A stretch of DNA of 34,842 nucleotides from Chiloscyllium plagiosum. Taxonomy: Eukaryota. Of the stretch, positions 23,424 to 34,090 are shown piece by piece. Within the stretch, counting starts at the first letter, position 1; each line of letters starts with the position of its first letter. The DNA lies in the NCBI RefSeq assembly GCF_004010195.1, contig NC_057720.1, forward strand, positions 285,691-320,532. Reading direction: 5' to 3'. The translations under genes were made by a program, and so were the position numbers. The notes below the pieces were generated by a model. It was not told the origin of the DNA, did not search any database, and saw only the letters and a list, made by a program, of their open reading frames with translations.

Positions 23424-23706
23424 GGTGGCACGTTGGCTCAGTGGTTAGCACTGTTCCCTCACATTGCCAGGGACCTGGGTTCAATTCCCACCTTGGGCAA
23501 CTGTCTGTGTGGCGTTTGCACATTCTCCCTGTCTCCAGGTGCTCCGGTTTCCTCCCACAATCTAAAGATGTGCTGGTTAGGTGAATTGGCCATGCTAAAT
23601 TGTCCATAGTGTTCGGTGCATTAGTCGGGGAAATGGCTCTGGGTGGGTTGCTCTTCGGAGGGTCAGTGTGGACTTGTTGGGCTGGAGGGAATCTTATCTA
23701 ATCTAA
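23424..23706 (+). mobile_element. HE1 / V-SINE, near full length
   Basis: ggcacgttggctcagtggttagcactg, B-box gggttcaattccc, V-domain, and ATCTA tail. Confidence 0.9.
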
Positions 23707-24045
23707 AGATTGGACCACCCACTGGGTAGTCACGTGACCCAATGATAATGGAGTCTGTGACCAATCACAATGTTCTATCTCTCAATGAGCCCAGACAGGA
23801 GGTGATGAACCCCACTCCCCACCCAACCTCCATCTCCCAATTGGGGAGAGCTTTGGGAACCATTGATTCAAAGTCCTCTGTTCCTCCTGAACTCGCTGTA
23901 ATCTCCACACATCACATCTCCAATTACTCAGATCCTGGAGCCCAGCATGTGGTGTCCTGAGAAAAATCACTCATTTCCATTTGAAAGTATCAACATGAAC
24001 AGCCTCCACTCTCTCTCCCTGGAGTCTGCTCCAATGATTACCCAC

Positions 24046-24110
24046 GATCACTCTGGAATATTGATCTCTGGATCACACTGGAATAGTGATCCCCAGATCA
24101 TTCTGGAATC
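24046..24110. repeat. 25-nt tandem repeat, about 2.6 copies
   Basis: gatcactctggaatattgatctctg / gatcacactggaatagtgatcccca / gatcattctggaatc. Confidence 0.65.
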
Positions 24111-24604
24111 TGTCCCTTGGAGGTCAGGCTCTGCAGGGTTTCCTGACCTGGATACAGTGAGGCAGCTGGTCAGGAAGGACCTGATCCAATCCCCTTAGAG
24201 TCTAAACATAATGACTGGATCAATTCCCAACCATCGCTGCTCCATAACACCCTGCAGAGTAACTCTGAGATTCCGTGAGGGATTGGAGACGGGTTGTGGA
24301 AACTGCTTGATAATGGAGTGGTCACTGCCCAGACCTCAACTACTGTTGTCCCAGAGTGTGAGCTCTTGGCCCTAAAGACCAGACACAAGGAGTCTTCACA
24401 CTCGGATCAGAGATTAGCCCCATGTCAGGGATGGGTTGTTAACTGACACCACTCCCCAGATTATCAACAGAAGACACTCCCCAGAGTTCCATGTTCCAGT
24501 TCAGTTTGACAGTTCAATTAATAGTTGACAGGGAGCAGACTGCTGGACAGTGACACACGCTGACAGCTGTCCCCCCCGGAATCTATCAGCGAGAAGTGTC
24601 CTAC

Positions 24605-24658
24605 CTGCGGTCCCACAACACCTCCTGGACCAGGGGGCCCAGTCTTGCCTTGGAAACC
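24605..24658 (-). CDS. col11a1: Collagen XI-like exon 6, 54 nt: GFQGKTGPPGPGGVVGPQ
   Basis: Splice sites tttttcag/gtagga; matches the recalled human COL11A1 peptide. Confidence 0.96.
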
Positions 24659-24690
24659 CTGAAAAACAAAAATATTATTATTTTAATATT

Positions 24691-24868
24691 AGGATACAGT
24701 ACTAATGGGGACAGATCCGTCCCTGTATTACGCTGGGGTACAGTACTAGTGGGGATAGGTCTGTCACTGTGTAACACTGGGGTCAGTACTGGTGGGGACA
24801 GGTCTGTCACTGTATAACACTGGGGTACAGTACTGGTGCAGACGGATGTGTCAGTGTAAAACACTGGG
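24691..24868. repeat. 44-nt minisatellite, 4 copies
   Basis: Unit ggggtacagtactggtggggacaggtctgtcactgtataacact. Confidence 0.9.
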
Positions 24869-24870
24869 TT

Positions 24871-25875
24871 CATAGAGTCCTACAGCTCACAGACCGGCCC
24901 TTTGGCCCAAATTGGTCCATGCTGAGCAAAATGTCCATCCACACTAACCCCATTTCCCTGCACTTGGCCAATATGCTTCTCATCCTATCCTATCCATGTA
25001 TTTGTCCAAATGTCTTTTAAATGTTCATGTACCCGCCTCAACCACTTCCACTGTCAGCTCATTCCATATGCGGACCACCCCCTGTGTAAATGGTTGCCCC
25101 TCAGGTTCCCTTTTATTCTTTCCCCTCTAACTTTAAACCGATGCCCTGTAGTCCTTGATTCCCCAACCCTGGGAAAAAGACTGAGTGCACACATCCTATC
25201 CATACCTCACATAATCTTGTACACATGCATAAAATTCCCCCTCAGTCTCCTATTCTCTAAAGAAGTAAGTCCTAGCTTTGTTCAACCTCTCTCTATAACT
25301 CAGACCATTGACTCCTTGTAAATTTCTTCTGCACTCTCCTGTTTAATAACATCCTTCTTATAAGGTGACCACAACTGAACACAGTACTCCAAGTGCGGCC
25401 TCACCAACGTCCTGTACAACTGCAACATAACTTCCCAACTTCTATCCTCAATGCCCTGACTGATGAAGGCCAGTGTGCCAAAACCCTTCTTCACTGCCCT
25501 GTCTACCTGGGACTCCACTTTCAGAGAACCATGCACCTGAACTCCAAGGTCTATGACTCTTGATGTCACAAGGAATTAAGGGCTACGGGGAGAATGCGGG
25601 TAAGTGGAGTTTAAATGCCCATCAACCATGATTGAATGGCGGAGTGGACTCGATGGGCCGAATGGCCTTACTTCCACTCCTATGTCTTATGGTCTTATAG
25701 TCTTAAGGTCCCTCTGTCCCACTACACTCCTTACGGCCCGACCATTCACCATGAAATCCCTACCTTGATTTGACTTTCCAAAATACAAGACTTCACACTT
25801 ATCGATATTAAACTCCATTTACTATTTCTCGGCCCACTTTCCCAGCTGATCAAGGTCCTGCTGTAATTTCTGATT
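24871..25875 (-). mobile_element. CR1 LINE 3' portion with an opposite-strand CR1 tail inserted at 25552-25704
   Basis: ORF 25300..25569 has LVRPHLEYCVQLWSP; aaggtc is duplicated around the insert. Confidence 0.88.
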
Positions 25876-25877
25876 TA

Positions 25878-26098
25878 GTGATCATAACAAGGTATGTCAG
25901 GTGGACCTCAGAATATGAGTTCCCTGATTGGGGCTGTTAATCTGGTTCACTTCGGGCTGACAGATATAAACAGGAGTGTCAGGGGTTCTGTTTTCTCTGC
26001 AAGTTGGCTCTGAGGGAATTGGACTGATGTGAAGGACTCTCCACCTGTAAATAAAAGGGGGACTTGGTGACAGAATACCAGTCTCTGGAGTTATTTCT
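25878..26098 (+). mobile_element. Probable solo LTR (partial)
   Basis: gattgg (reverse CCAAT), TATA-like tataaa near 25965, and aataaa near 26050 in LTR order; no internal coding sequence; termini not clearly TG...CA. Confidence 0.55.
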
Positions 26099-26312
26099 TT
26101 GTGCAGTTCTGGTAGTGAGCAGAACATATTAAATCAAGAAATTATGTCAATCTTGCAAATTTTTTTTATTGTTAAAATGAGTTATTCTTTCTTTTGCAGT
26201 TAATATTTCAAGAAAAATTCATGCCCCACATTTGACTGTGAGTACGTGTCTACGTGTGTGTGTGTGTGTGTGTTGGTCTATGTGTGCCTGTGTTTGATAA
26301 AGTGTGTGCAAG

Positions 26313-26605
26313 TGGGGCTGGACAGTGGTTAGCACTGCTGCCTCACAGCGCCAGGGCCCCAGGTTCAATTCCACCCTCGGGTGACTGTGTGGGGTTTGCA
26401 CATTCTTCCGAGGTCTGTGTGGGTTTCCTCCGGGTGCTCCGGTTTCCACCCACAGTCCAAAGCTGTGCAGGTCAGGGTGGATTGGCCATAGGAAATGAAG
26501 GGTTACAGGGATGGGGTGGGTCTGGGTGGGATACTCTACTGCGGGTCACTGTGGATTCAGTGGATCAAATGGCCTGCTTCCACACTGTGGGAGACTGTAT
26601 GATTC
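26313..26605 (+). mobile_element. HE1 / V-SINE
   Basis: cagtggttagcactgctgcctcacagcgccaggg...ggttcaattcc, V-domain, and tail ggcctgcttccacactgt. Confidence 0.9.
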
Positions 26606-26851
26606 TGAGGGAGGGAGGGTGTATGTGCACATGCATGTTTATCATTTGTCATGGGATTTTTCATGCACCTGTCGTCCATTTTCCGGGATCCCATTGTCAT
26701 GTGTATGTGTTTCCCACAGAACCCAGAGAGGAACAATCCTCTCCTATTATTCTAACAGACCAACTGACAGTGTTCTCATTGTCACTTACTCCTTCGAAGT
26801 CACACATGGTTACTATTCAAACCTTGCTGTCCTTCTGACAACTGCCTCAAT

Positions 26852-26878
26852 CAAACAAACAAACAAACAAACAAACAA
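26852..26878. repeat. (CAAA)n microsatellite
   Basis: About 6.5 copies. Confidence 0.9.
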
Positions 26879-27284
26879 TCTAGAAAAGATTCTTGACTTT
26901 AATTCTCACACAAACTCTAGGTTTCACTCTCAAAGCCGATCATAACTTGCCTGAAGGCTGTTTGGAAATATCTGTGATGCCTGTCAAGGTAGAATTGCCC
27001 ATCAGAAACTTCGATGAGACAAAAATCCAAATTTCTCAAACACTTGCTTTGCATTGACTCCCTGAGCAGGTGTATCCCATTCTGTAATACCCAATATCCA
27101 GCAACAACCTGAACACAATCTAAAATTACTGTTTAATCTTCCATACTCAGGGCCTTGCAGGCCGGTCGATACAACCCAGCCTCGTCATTGATGCTGGGAG
27201 GAAAGGGTTATTCTAATGAATCTGCACTGCCCCCTCCCAGGCCAGTCTCCCCTTCCTGAGGAGCAGGATACTGACCGTCCAAAC

Positions 27285-28270
27285 ATTGGAATTAGGGACT
27301 GATGTAGGCCATTCAGTCCCTCAAACCTGCTCCTTTTCTGAATAGGATTGTGGCTCATCTGATTGCAGCCTTGACTCCAGGTTCCCACCTATGCTCAGTC
27401 ACCTTTGACCTTCATTTGTCAATCTACCAACCTCAAACGTCCACCTAAGAAATATCCAATGGCCCAACCTCCACTACTGCCTTGGGAAGGGACCCATAAA
27501 TTCTTGGGAAATAACACTCCTCCTCACCATGTGTCTTCAATGGGAGACCCTTCATTACTAACCCATGTCCCCTCACTCTAGACCCTTGTACAAGGGGAAG
27601 CATTCTCTCAGTCTCCATCCTGACAAGGTCCCTCGGGATCTGATAGGTTTCAATAAGATCCCTCACATTCTTCATCACCCCAATGGATACAGGTCCAGCC
27701 TGTTCATCCTTCCCTCATTAGATAACCCCCTCACCCCAGGAATCACTCGAGTGAACTTTCTCTGAACTGCTCCTAATGTAATGATATCCTTTTATAACTG
27801 AGCAATCCAGGACTGTGCCCAGTGTTCCCGTGGTCTCACCACCATCCAGTACATTTTAAACTGTAAGAAAACATCCCCAGTTTTACAATTTGTTCCTCTC
27901 AAACATTCCAGTTCTCTTCCTGATCACTCTCTGACCCTGTTTCCTGACCTTGTTGATGAACCAGGACCCACAAATCCCTCTGTACTGCACAGCTGCGCAA
28001 TCCCTCTCCGTTTTTATGAAACACTGCTCTCCCTGGAGAAGTCGACAATTTCCCACAATACACTCTATCTGACAAATACTTTCCCACTCACTCAGTTTTT
28101 GCTCCTTACGGATCTCCTGATATTCTCTTCACAACTCCTCACTTTCTTACCTTTTAGCCACCAGCAAGTTTCAGACCTCCTGTCCTAGTCATTGGTATAA
28201 ATTATAAAATGTTGAGTCCCGAGCTCTGATTGCTCTCAAACTGAAAGTGACCTATTTAGGGTTACTCTCT
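27285..28270 (-). mobile_element. Old CR1 LINE 3' portion
   Basis: Tail gtaggccattcagtccctcaaacctgctcc; ORF 27445..27678 has RDLIETYQI. Confidence 0.75.
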
Positions 28271-28568
28271 ATTGGTCACTCAATCCTTGACCCATGTTAA
28301 TCTGTCACCTACCCTCCACCCACCCAAGATTTCTCATTTTACTTATAACTATTCAAGTAGCACCTTATCAAATGTCTTTGAGAAATGTAAATATATCAGT
28401 TATTCACAATGTTTATTCCACCTCAAAGTTCTAATAAATTTATATAAACATTCTTTCTTAATGCCATGTGGCCCCCAACCAAAGAGCAGCTTCACTGCCC
28501 CCTTTCCCTGTACCAGCCTCTCCGGTAAAAAGCAGGATTCTCGTCCCAGTGACAGGAGTTATACTCAC

Positions 28569-28622
28569 AGTCTCGCCCCTCTGTCCAGGATGTCCTGGTA
28601 ATCCATCCTTACCAGCGGGTCC
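28569..28622 (-). CDS. col11a1: Collagen XI-like exon 5, 54 nt: GPAGKDGLPGHPGQRGET
   Basis: Splice sites tttgcag/gtgagt; GKDGLPGHPGQRGE is a hallmark of type V/XI clade-B chains. Confidence 0.96.
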
Positions 28623-28907
28623 CTGCAAACACATGAACGTGTAGAGCTCAGAGAGGCGAGGTGTAGGAATGGTATGAACACAGAGGGATGGCACAAGATG
28701 AGAGTTTAAATCCCAGGCTGACATGGGGGCCCATGCCCATTGGCTGCAGTGTCAGAGAGAACCCTATATCTCCTTGTTCTGGGATCATTAGATTGAAAGC
28801 AGGTGATTAACTGAGACACTAGTAACATCTTCCCCAGATCAAATAGAAAGCCCATTGGCTGAGAGCCCCAGCCAATCAGAGCATGCAGCTTCTGCCAGTG
28901 CTACACC

Positions 28908-28957
28908 AGGGGTAGGGGTAGGGGTAGGGGTAGGGGTGGGGGTGGGGGTGGGGGTGG
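28908..28957 (+). repeat. (GGGGTA)4 followed by (GGGGTG)n hexamer repeat with G-quadruplex potential
   Basis: Directly visible. Confidence 0.9.
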
Positions 28958-29487
28958 TCAGGGGAGCTGGGGGAAGGGGTGTGATGGTAGATAACCCTTT
29001 GACCTCTCCAAATGTTCAGGATGACCAATGGAGCCAAGCCACAGGAGAGTGAGGCAGAGGTAGAGAATAGGCAAGAGATAGTGAGGGGAGCAGGTGGAGG
29101 GTAGGACAGGTGAGGTGCAGAACCGAGGGGAACGGAAAGGGGTCGGGGACAGCAGGCGAGAGGGGCAAAGTGTCAGTGAGGTTAGCCAGCTCCTGGGGAA
29201 AGCAGGGCTCAGTGAGTAACAGATCGCGCTGGTTGTAAGTCCTACCAATTCGATCTGACCATGAAACCTTCAGCTTTCCCTCCCGAGGATACGCAACAAG
29301 AATGTGGCTCCAAAGGCAGTGGGATCTTCCTATACACATTCAGATCAGGTACCAAGGTTCTGATTGGGCCTTGATGCAGTGTTTACTTGGGAAGCTGGAG
29401 GTTTGGTTTCTGCATTGGAATGGAATGGAGCCCAGGCCGGGGCCAGGCTGCTCAGGAATCTCCACAGAAAGGGAACAGTTTACTTAC

Positions 29488-29541
29488 TGGAGGCCCTTTC
29501 GGCCCGGCAAATCCAGTGGGGCCCTGGGGTCCTGGAGGTCC
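29488..29541 (-). CDS. col11a1: Collagen XI-like exon 4, 54 nt: GPPGPQGPTGFAGPKGPP
   Basis: Splice sites ttttctcag/gtaagt; visible inside ORF 29452..29637. Confidence 0.95.
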
Positions 29542-29959
29542 CTGAGAAAACAAACAGAATAAAGATGAAACATTACAGAGCCTGGGAATGTCTCTTGGAA
29601 CACAGGTATCCCTCACAGGCTGGAGGGTCCACACCATGTCCCTGTCAGCTCCAAGCAGCTCACATGGTCCTTATGTCCAGAGCCTGAAGATGGAGCCAAC
29701 ATCGGACTGACCGCCCCATCTCAGTGGCCAGCTCAGATTGTCAGATGGTGATTAGACAATGAGCTGTTTCCATCAAACCAGGCCCAACCTACTCGACCTT
29801 TCCCCTTTTGGGAAATGTCTCTCAGTCGAGACATCAGCCAAGAGAACCTTCTGGAAGTAAAGGAACTGGAACTGTATCCAGGAGACTATCGGCAACAGCC
29901 TCCACTCCCTCGGTCACAATATTCAGCTCTGAACTCGACTAACATCATCGGCTCTCCCC

Positions 29960-30321
29960 ACCCTCCAGCCCCTACACCCCTCCCTCTCTCTGTAACCCCC
30001 TCCAGCACCTACACCCCCTCCCTATCTCTGTCACCTCCTCCAGCCCTTACACCCCTCCCTATCTCTTTAATCTCCAGCGGCTACACCTCTCATCCATATC
30101 CTGTGAATGAATTTAAAAATATCTCACTAACCTCTTCTAGCATGCACAGGCCACGCTATCTCTTGACTACATCCAGCCTTGCTTCCCCATCATTGTAACA
30201 TTCCCAGCCTTGCTTTCCTCTCTCTGTAACATCTCCAGTCTTGTTTTCCTCTCTCTGTAATATCTCCACACTTGCTTTCCTATGTCTGTAACATCTCCAA
30301 CCTTGCTTTCCTATCTCTGTT
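29960..30321. repeat. 38-nt minisatellite grading into a ~31-nt variant (ccttgctttcctatctctgtaacatctcca)
   Basis: Same family as 10740-10965. Confidence 0.85.
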
Positions 30322-30516
30322 AACACTGCTGCCTCACATTGCCCGAGACCCGGGTTCACTTCCCACTTCAAGCAACTATCTGTGTGGAGTTTGCGCATTC
30401 TCCCCATGTCTGCCAGGTTTTCCTTCGGGTATTCCAATTTCCTTCCACAATCCAAAGATTTTGTGAATTGGCCATGCTTAATTGCCAGTAGTGTTAGGTG
30501 AAGGGGTAAATGTAAA
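30322..30516 (+). mobile_element. HE1 / V-SINE, 5'-clipped and running into gap 30517-31318
   Basis: acactgctgcctcaca...gacccgggttc...tgtgtggagtttgcgcattctcccc. Confidence 0.85.
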
Positions 30517-31318
30517 NNNNNNNNNNNNNNNNNNNNNNNNNNNNNNNNNNNNNNNNNNNNNNNNNNNNNNNNNNNNNNNNNNNNNNNNNNNNNNNNNNNN
30601 NNNNNNNNNNNNNNNNNNNNNNNNNNNNNNNNNNNNNNNNNNNNNNNNNNNNNNNNNNNNNNNNNNNNNNNNNNNNNNNNNNNNNNNNNNNNNNNNNNNN
30701 NNNNNNNNNNNNNNNNNNNNNNNNNNNNNNNNNNNNNNNNNNNNNNNNNNNNNNNNNNNNNNNNNNNNNNNNNNNNNNNNNNNNNNNNNNNNNNNNNNNN
30801 NNNNNNNNNNNNNNNNNNNNNNNNNNNNNNNNNNNNNNNNNNNNNNNNNNNNNNNNNNNNNNNNNNNNNNNNNNNNNNNNNNNNNNNNNNNNNNNNNNNN
30901 NNNNNNNNNNNNNNNNNNNNNNNNNNNNNNNNNNNNNNNNNNNNNNNNNNNNNNNNNNNNNNNNNNNNNNNNNNNNNNNNNNNNNNNNNNNNNNNNNNNN
31001 NNNNNNNNNNNNNNNNNNNNNNNNNNNNNNNNNNNNNNNNNNNNNNNNNNNNNNNNNNNNNNNNNNNNNNNNNNNNNNNNNNNNNNNNNNNNNNNNNNNN
31101 NNNNNNNNNNNNNNNNNNNNNNNNNNNNNNNNNNNNNNNNNNNNNNNNNNNNNNNNNNNNNNNNNNNNNNNNNNNNNNNNNNNNNNNNNNNNNNNNNNNN
31201 NNNNNNNNNNNNNNNNNNNNNNNNNNNNNNNNNNNNNNNNNNNNNNNNNNNNNNNNNNNNNNNNNNNNNNNNNNNNNNNNNNNNNNNNNNNNNNNNNNNN
31301 NNNNNNNNNNNNNNNNNN

Positions 31319-31497
31319 CCCCTCCTGATCTCTGTAACCCCCTCCAGCCCCTACACCCCCTCCCTATCTCTGTAACCTACACCAGCCCCTACACCCCCTC
31401 CCTATCTCTGTAACCTCTTGCTTTATTTTCCTCAAATGGCTTTGAGGCTGTAATTCCCTCAAGGCTGCTATATAAATGCAAATTGTAGTTGCTGTGA
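31319..31497 (+). repeat. 38-nt minisatellite (about 2.5 copies) followed by an L2-like tail
   Basis: Repeat units, then gctatataaatgcaaattgtagttgctgt. Confidence 0.75.
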
Positions 31498-31782
31498 AGA
31501 TGTTGGATGTGTTAGTCGGAGACAGATCATTCACTAAATCCCTGAAGCAGTGCCTGGGTCACAGCGTGTCGAGGTGAAACAGCCAGTGGGAGCTGCTTCA
31601 CTGCTGATGCTCCTCAGTGAGGAACTGAAAGCTGGACGGGGATAGAGAGGGGACACAAGCTCCCGTCAGGTTCCAGACGGTTTGGAGATCCATTCGATCC
31701 TGTCAGGGAGCAGAACCAGCTCAAAGGACCAGATGATTGACAGGATGGGCGTCCACTTGTCAGTCACGGACACCTCACTTAC

Positions 31783-31827
31783 CCTTTCCCCAGGCCCACC
31801 AGGGGGACCGTCACTTCCAGATGTTCC
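31783..31827 (-). CDS. col11a1: Collagen XI-like exon 3, 45 nt: GTSGSDGPPGGPGER
   Basis: Splice sites ccttag/gtaagt; 5 triplets; follows a 94-nt intron. Confidence 0.94.
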
Positions 31828-31921
31828 CTAAGGACACACAGAGACAACACACAGTCAATCTCAGCAACGGGTGAAGGTGAGAAATGATTCCGTATCCTCA
31901 GTGATCCCACTCAGTCCGTAC

Positions 31922-31975
31922 CTTTGCTCCTGGTTTTCCAGTGGGACCTCTTGGGCCACGACCTCCACGTGGACC
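31922..31975 (-). CDS. col11a1: Collagen XI-like exon 2, 54 nt: GPRGGRGPRGPTGKPGAK
   Basis: Splice sites tttgcag/gtacgg; 6 Gly-X-Y triplets; visible inside ORF 31898..32119. Confidence 0.95.
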
Positions 31976-32769
31976 CTGCAAAACATTCACCACAAACCGT
32001 GAAAGATTCAGACAGAAATAAATGGGTGAGCTTTTACTGTCGAGGTGGAGGGCTTTCCCAACACGCTCCTTAATTGGAGGATAAATAACTTCACGACACA
32101 CAGTGATGATGTCAACCACAGCAAACTGGGCAACTCCACCTCATTCCATAATCAGTTTCACAAAAACACAAACTCATTCTGTAATTCCCTCCAGTTCTGA
32201 GGAATTTCGGGATTTTCCCATTAATCAAAGTCACAGCAGAATGCTTGTCTGGATATCGATGGCAGGAGGAACCTGTTGATAAAAAGATGTTTGGTTCTTG
32301 CCACTCGATCTTGTTCAGTCCCGAAACAAAAACATCGGAAACAGGTCAATCACTTATAGACAGCTACTGAATTATTCTTCAAGACTTTTATATGTTTAAT
32401 TCCTCTTTTCCCATTAGATCTCTTTCATTTCTTTCAGAATCCACTCTCTCTTTCCCTCTCAGGTGCTTTCTGTGCATCTGATTGGATCCTAATTGACCAG
32501 TTTTCTTTGTGGTCATTCTGGATTTTGGAGCCATCCTTCATCATCATTAGTTGAGCAGTCACTCAGGCCGAGGAGCTGGAGAAGCTAGGATTGTTCTCTG
32601 TGGAGCAGAGAAAGTTCTGGAGGGGATTAACCGAGGTGTTTAAAATCAGGAAGTGAGATTGATTGAGTAAATTGGGAGTGACTCTGTTTCTGCCCTCCTT
32701 CTGCCCAGTTTCTCAGGTTCTCAGTCCTTCTTAAACCCGATGCTTTCCTGCCCATTGTGTGCGTCAAAC

Positions 32770-33200
32770 ACAAAAAATAGGAGCAAGAGTAGGCCATTCG
32801 GCCCTTTGAGCCTGTTCCAGCATCCAATATGATCATGGCTGATCATCCAACTCAGTCCCCTGGTCCTGATTTCTTCCCCATGCTCTTTGATCCCTTCATC
32901 CATAAGAAGTTTATATAACTCCTTCTGAGGCAGAGAATTCCACAGGCTTCCCACTCGCTGGGTGAAGAGATTTCTCTTTGTCTCAGTCTCCTCATCTCCT
33001 CATGGTATACCCTGGTTCTGGAGTCTCTGGTCACTGGGAAAATCTTTCTAGCATCTCTCCTGTCTTGTCCTGTTAGAATTCCAACAGAGATCCCTCTCTG
33101 AACTCTTCTAAACTCCAGTGAACACACTCTCTCTTCATCCCATCAGTCCTGCCAGCACAGGAATCAGTCTAGGAAACCTCCCTGCACCCCCTCCTTCCCT
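32770..33200 (-). mobile_element. CR1 LINE 3' end
   Basis: Tail ggagcaagagtaggccattcggccctttgagcctg; SLEFRR motif in ORF 32852..33127. Confidence 0.85.
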
Positions 33201-33535
33201 GACAGCCTTTAGTAAACTGTCACTCAACTCCCGACAACATCCCCCTTTTCCCCAGAGAACAAAAGGCAGTGCTGTCTAAGTCCAGACCCAGTGCGAAGCC
33301 TCCAGCAGAAAACAGGCATTTGTTCAACTCTGTGATCAGTTTGGAATCAAACATCCAAATGAGTTCATCCTATGATTCACAGCAGCTTTGACAATATCAA
33401 TACCTTCGTTAACTGACATTTTACCAAGCCGATTGTAAATATTCAGATCTAGTCAACACAAAGACCGCTGTAGTCCCCAGCCGCCTCAGTAGCTGGTAAA
33501 GCCATTTCTGAGGGGGCACAGTGACAAATACTTAC

Positions 33536-33580
33536 GGTCGGACCCCTCTGTCCTCTCGGGCCAGATTTACCAGGAACACC
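33536..33580 (-). CDS. col11a1: Collagen alpha-1(XI)-like (clade B fibrillar collagen), triple-helix exon 1 of 11 in window, 45 nt: GVPGKSGPRGQRGPT
   Basis: Acceptor ...ttgacag and donor gtaagt; 5 Gly-X-Y triplets; resembles recalled COL11A1 GVAGKPGPRGQRGPT. Paralog assignment is uncertain. Confidence 0.93.
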
Positions 33581-33680
33581 CTGTCAATCAAAGAGAAAAT
33601 ATAATTAATTGAAAATTCATACAGGGAACAGGCAAATAGGATACCCAATGCCAACACAGTGACATAGAGCATCGTGTTCA

Positions 33681-34090
33681 GAGGGTCAGTACTGAGGGAG
33701 TGCTGCACTGTCAGACGGTCAGTACTGAGGGAGTGCTGCACTGTCAGAGGGTCAGTGCTGAGGGAGTGCCGCACTGTCAGCGGGTCAGTACTGAGGGAGT
33801 GCTGTACTGTCAGAGGGTCAGTGCTGAGGGAGTGCCGCACTGTCAGAAGGTCAGTGCTGAGGGAGTGCCGCACTGTGGGAGGGTCAGTGCTGAGGGAGTG
33901 CCGCACTGTCAGAGGTCTGTGCTTAGGGAGTGCTGTACTGTCAGAGGGTCAGTGCTGAGGGAGTGACGCGCTATGGGAGGGTCAGTGCTGAGGGAATGCC
34001 ACACTGTCAGAGGGTCAGTACTGAGGGAGTGCCGTACTGTCAGAGGGTTAGTACTGAGGGAGTGCCGTACTGTCAGAGGGTTAGTGCAGA
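33681..34090. repeat. 33-nt minisatellite, about 12.4 copies
   Basis: Unit gagggtcagt(a/g)ctgagggagtgc(c/t)gcactgtca; one unit is 32 nt. Confidence 0.97.

Noticed and set aside
23424..23495. tRNA-like sequences (also near 3305, 26320 and 30325)
   Set aside because: They are SINE heads followed by the V-domain, not complete cloverleaf tRNA genes.
30517..31318. Possible collagen exon hidden in assembly gaps
   Set aside because: The spliced peptide is collinear with recalled COL11A1 with no missing triplets between found exons.
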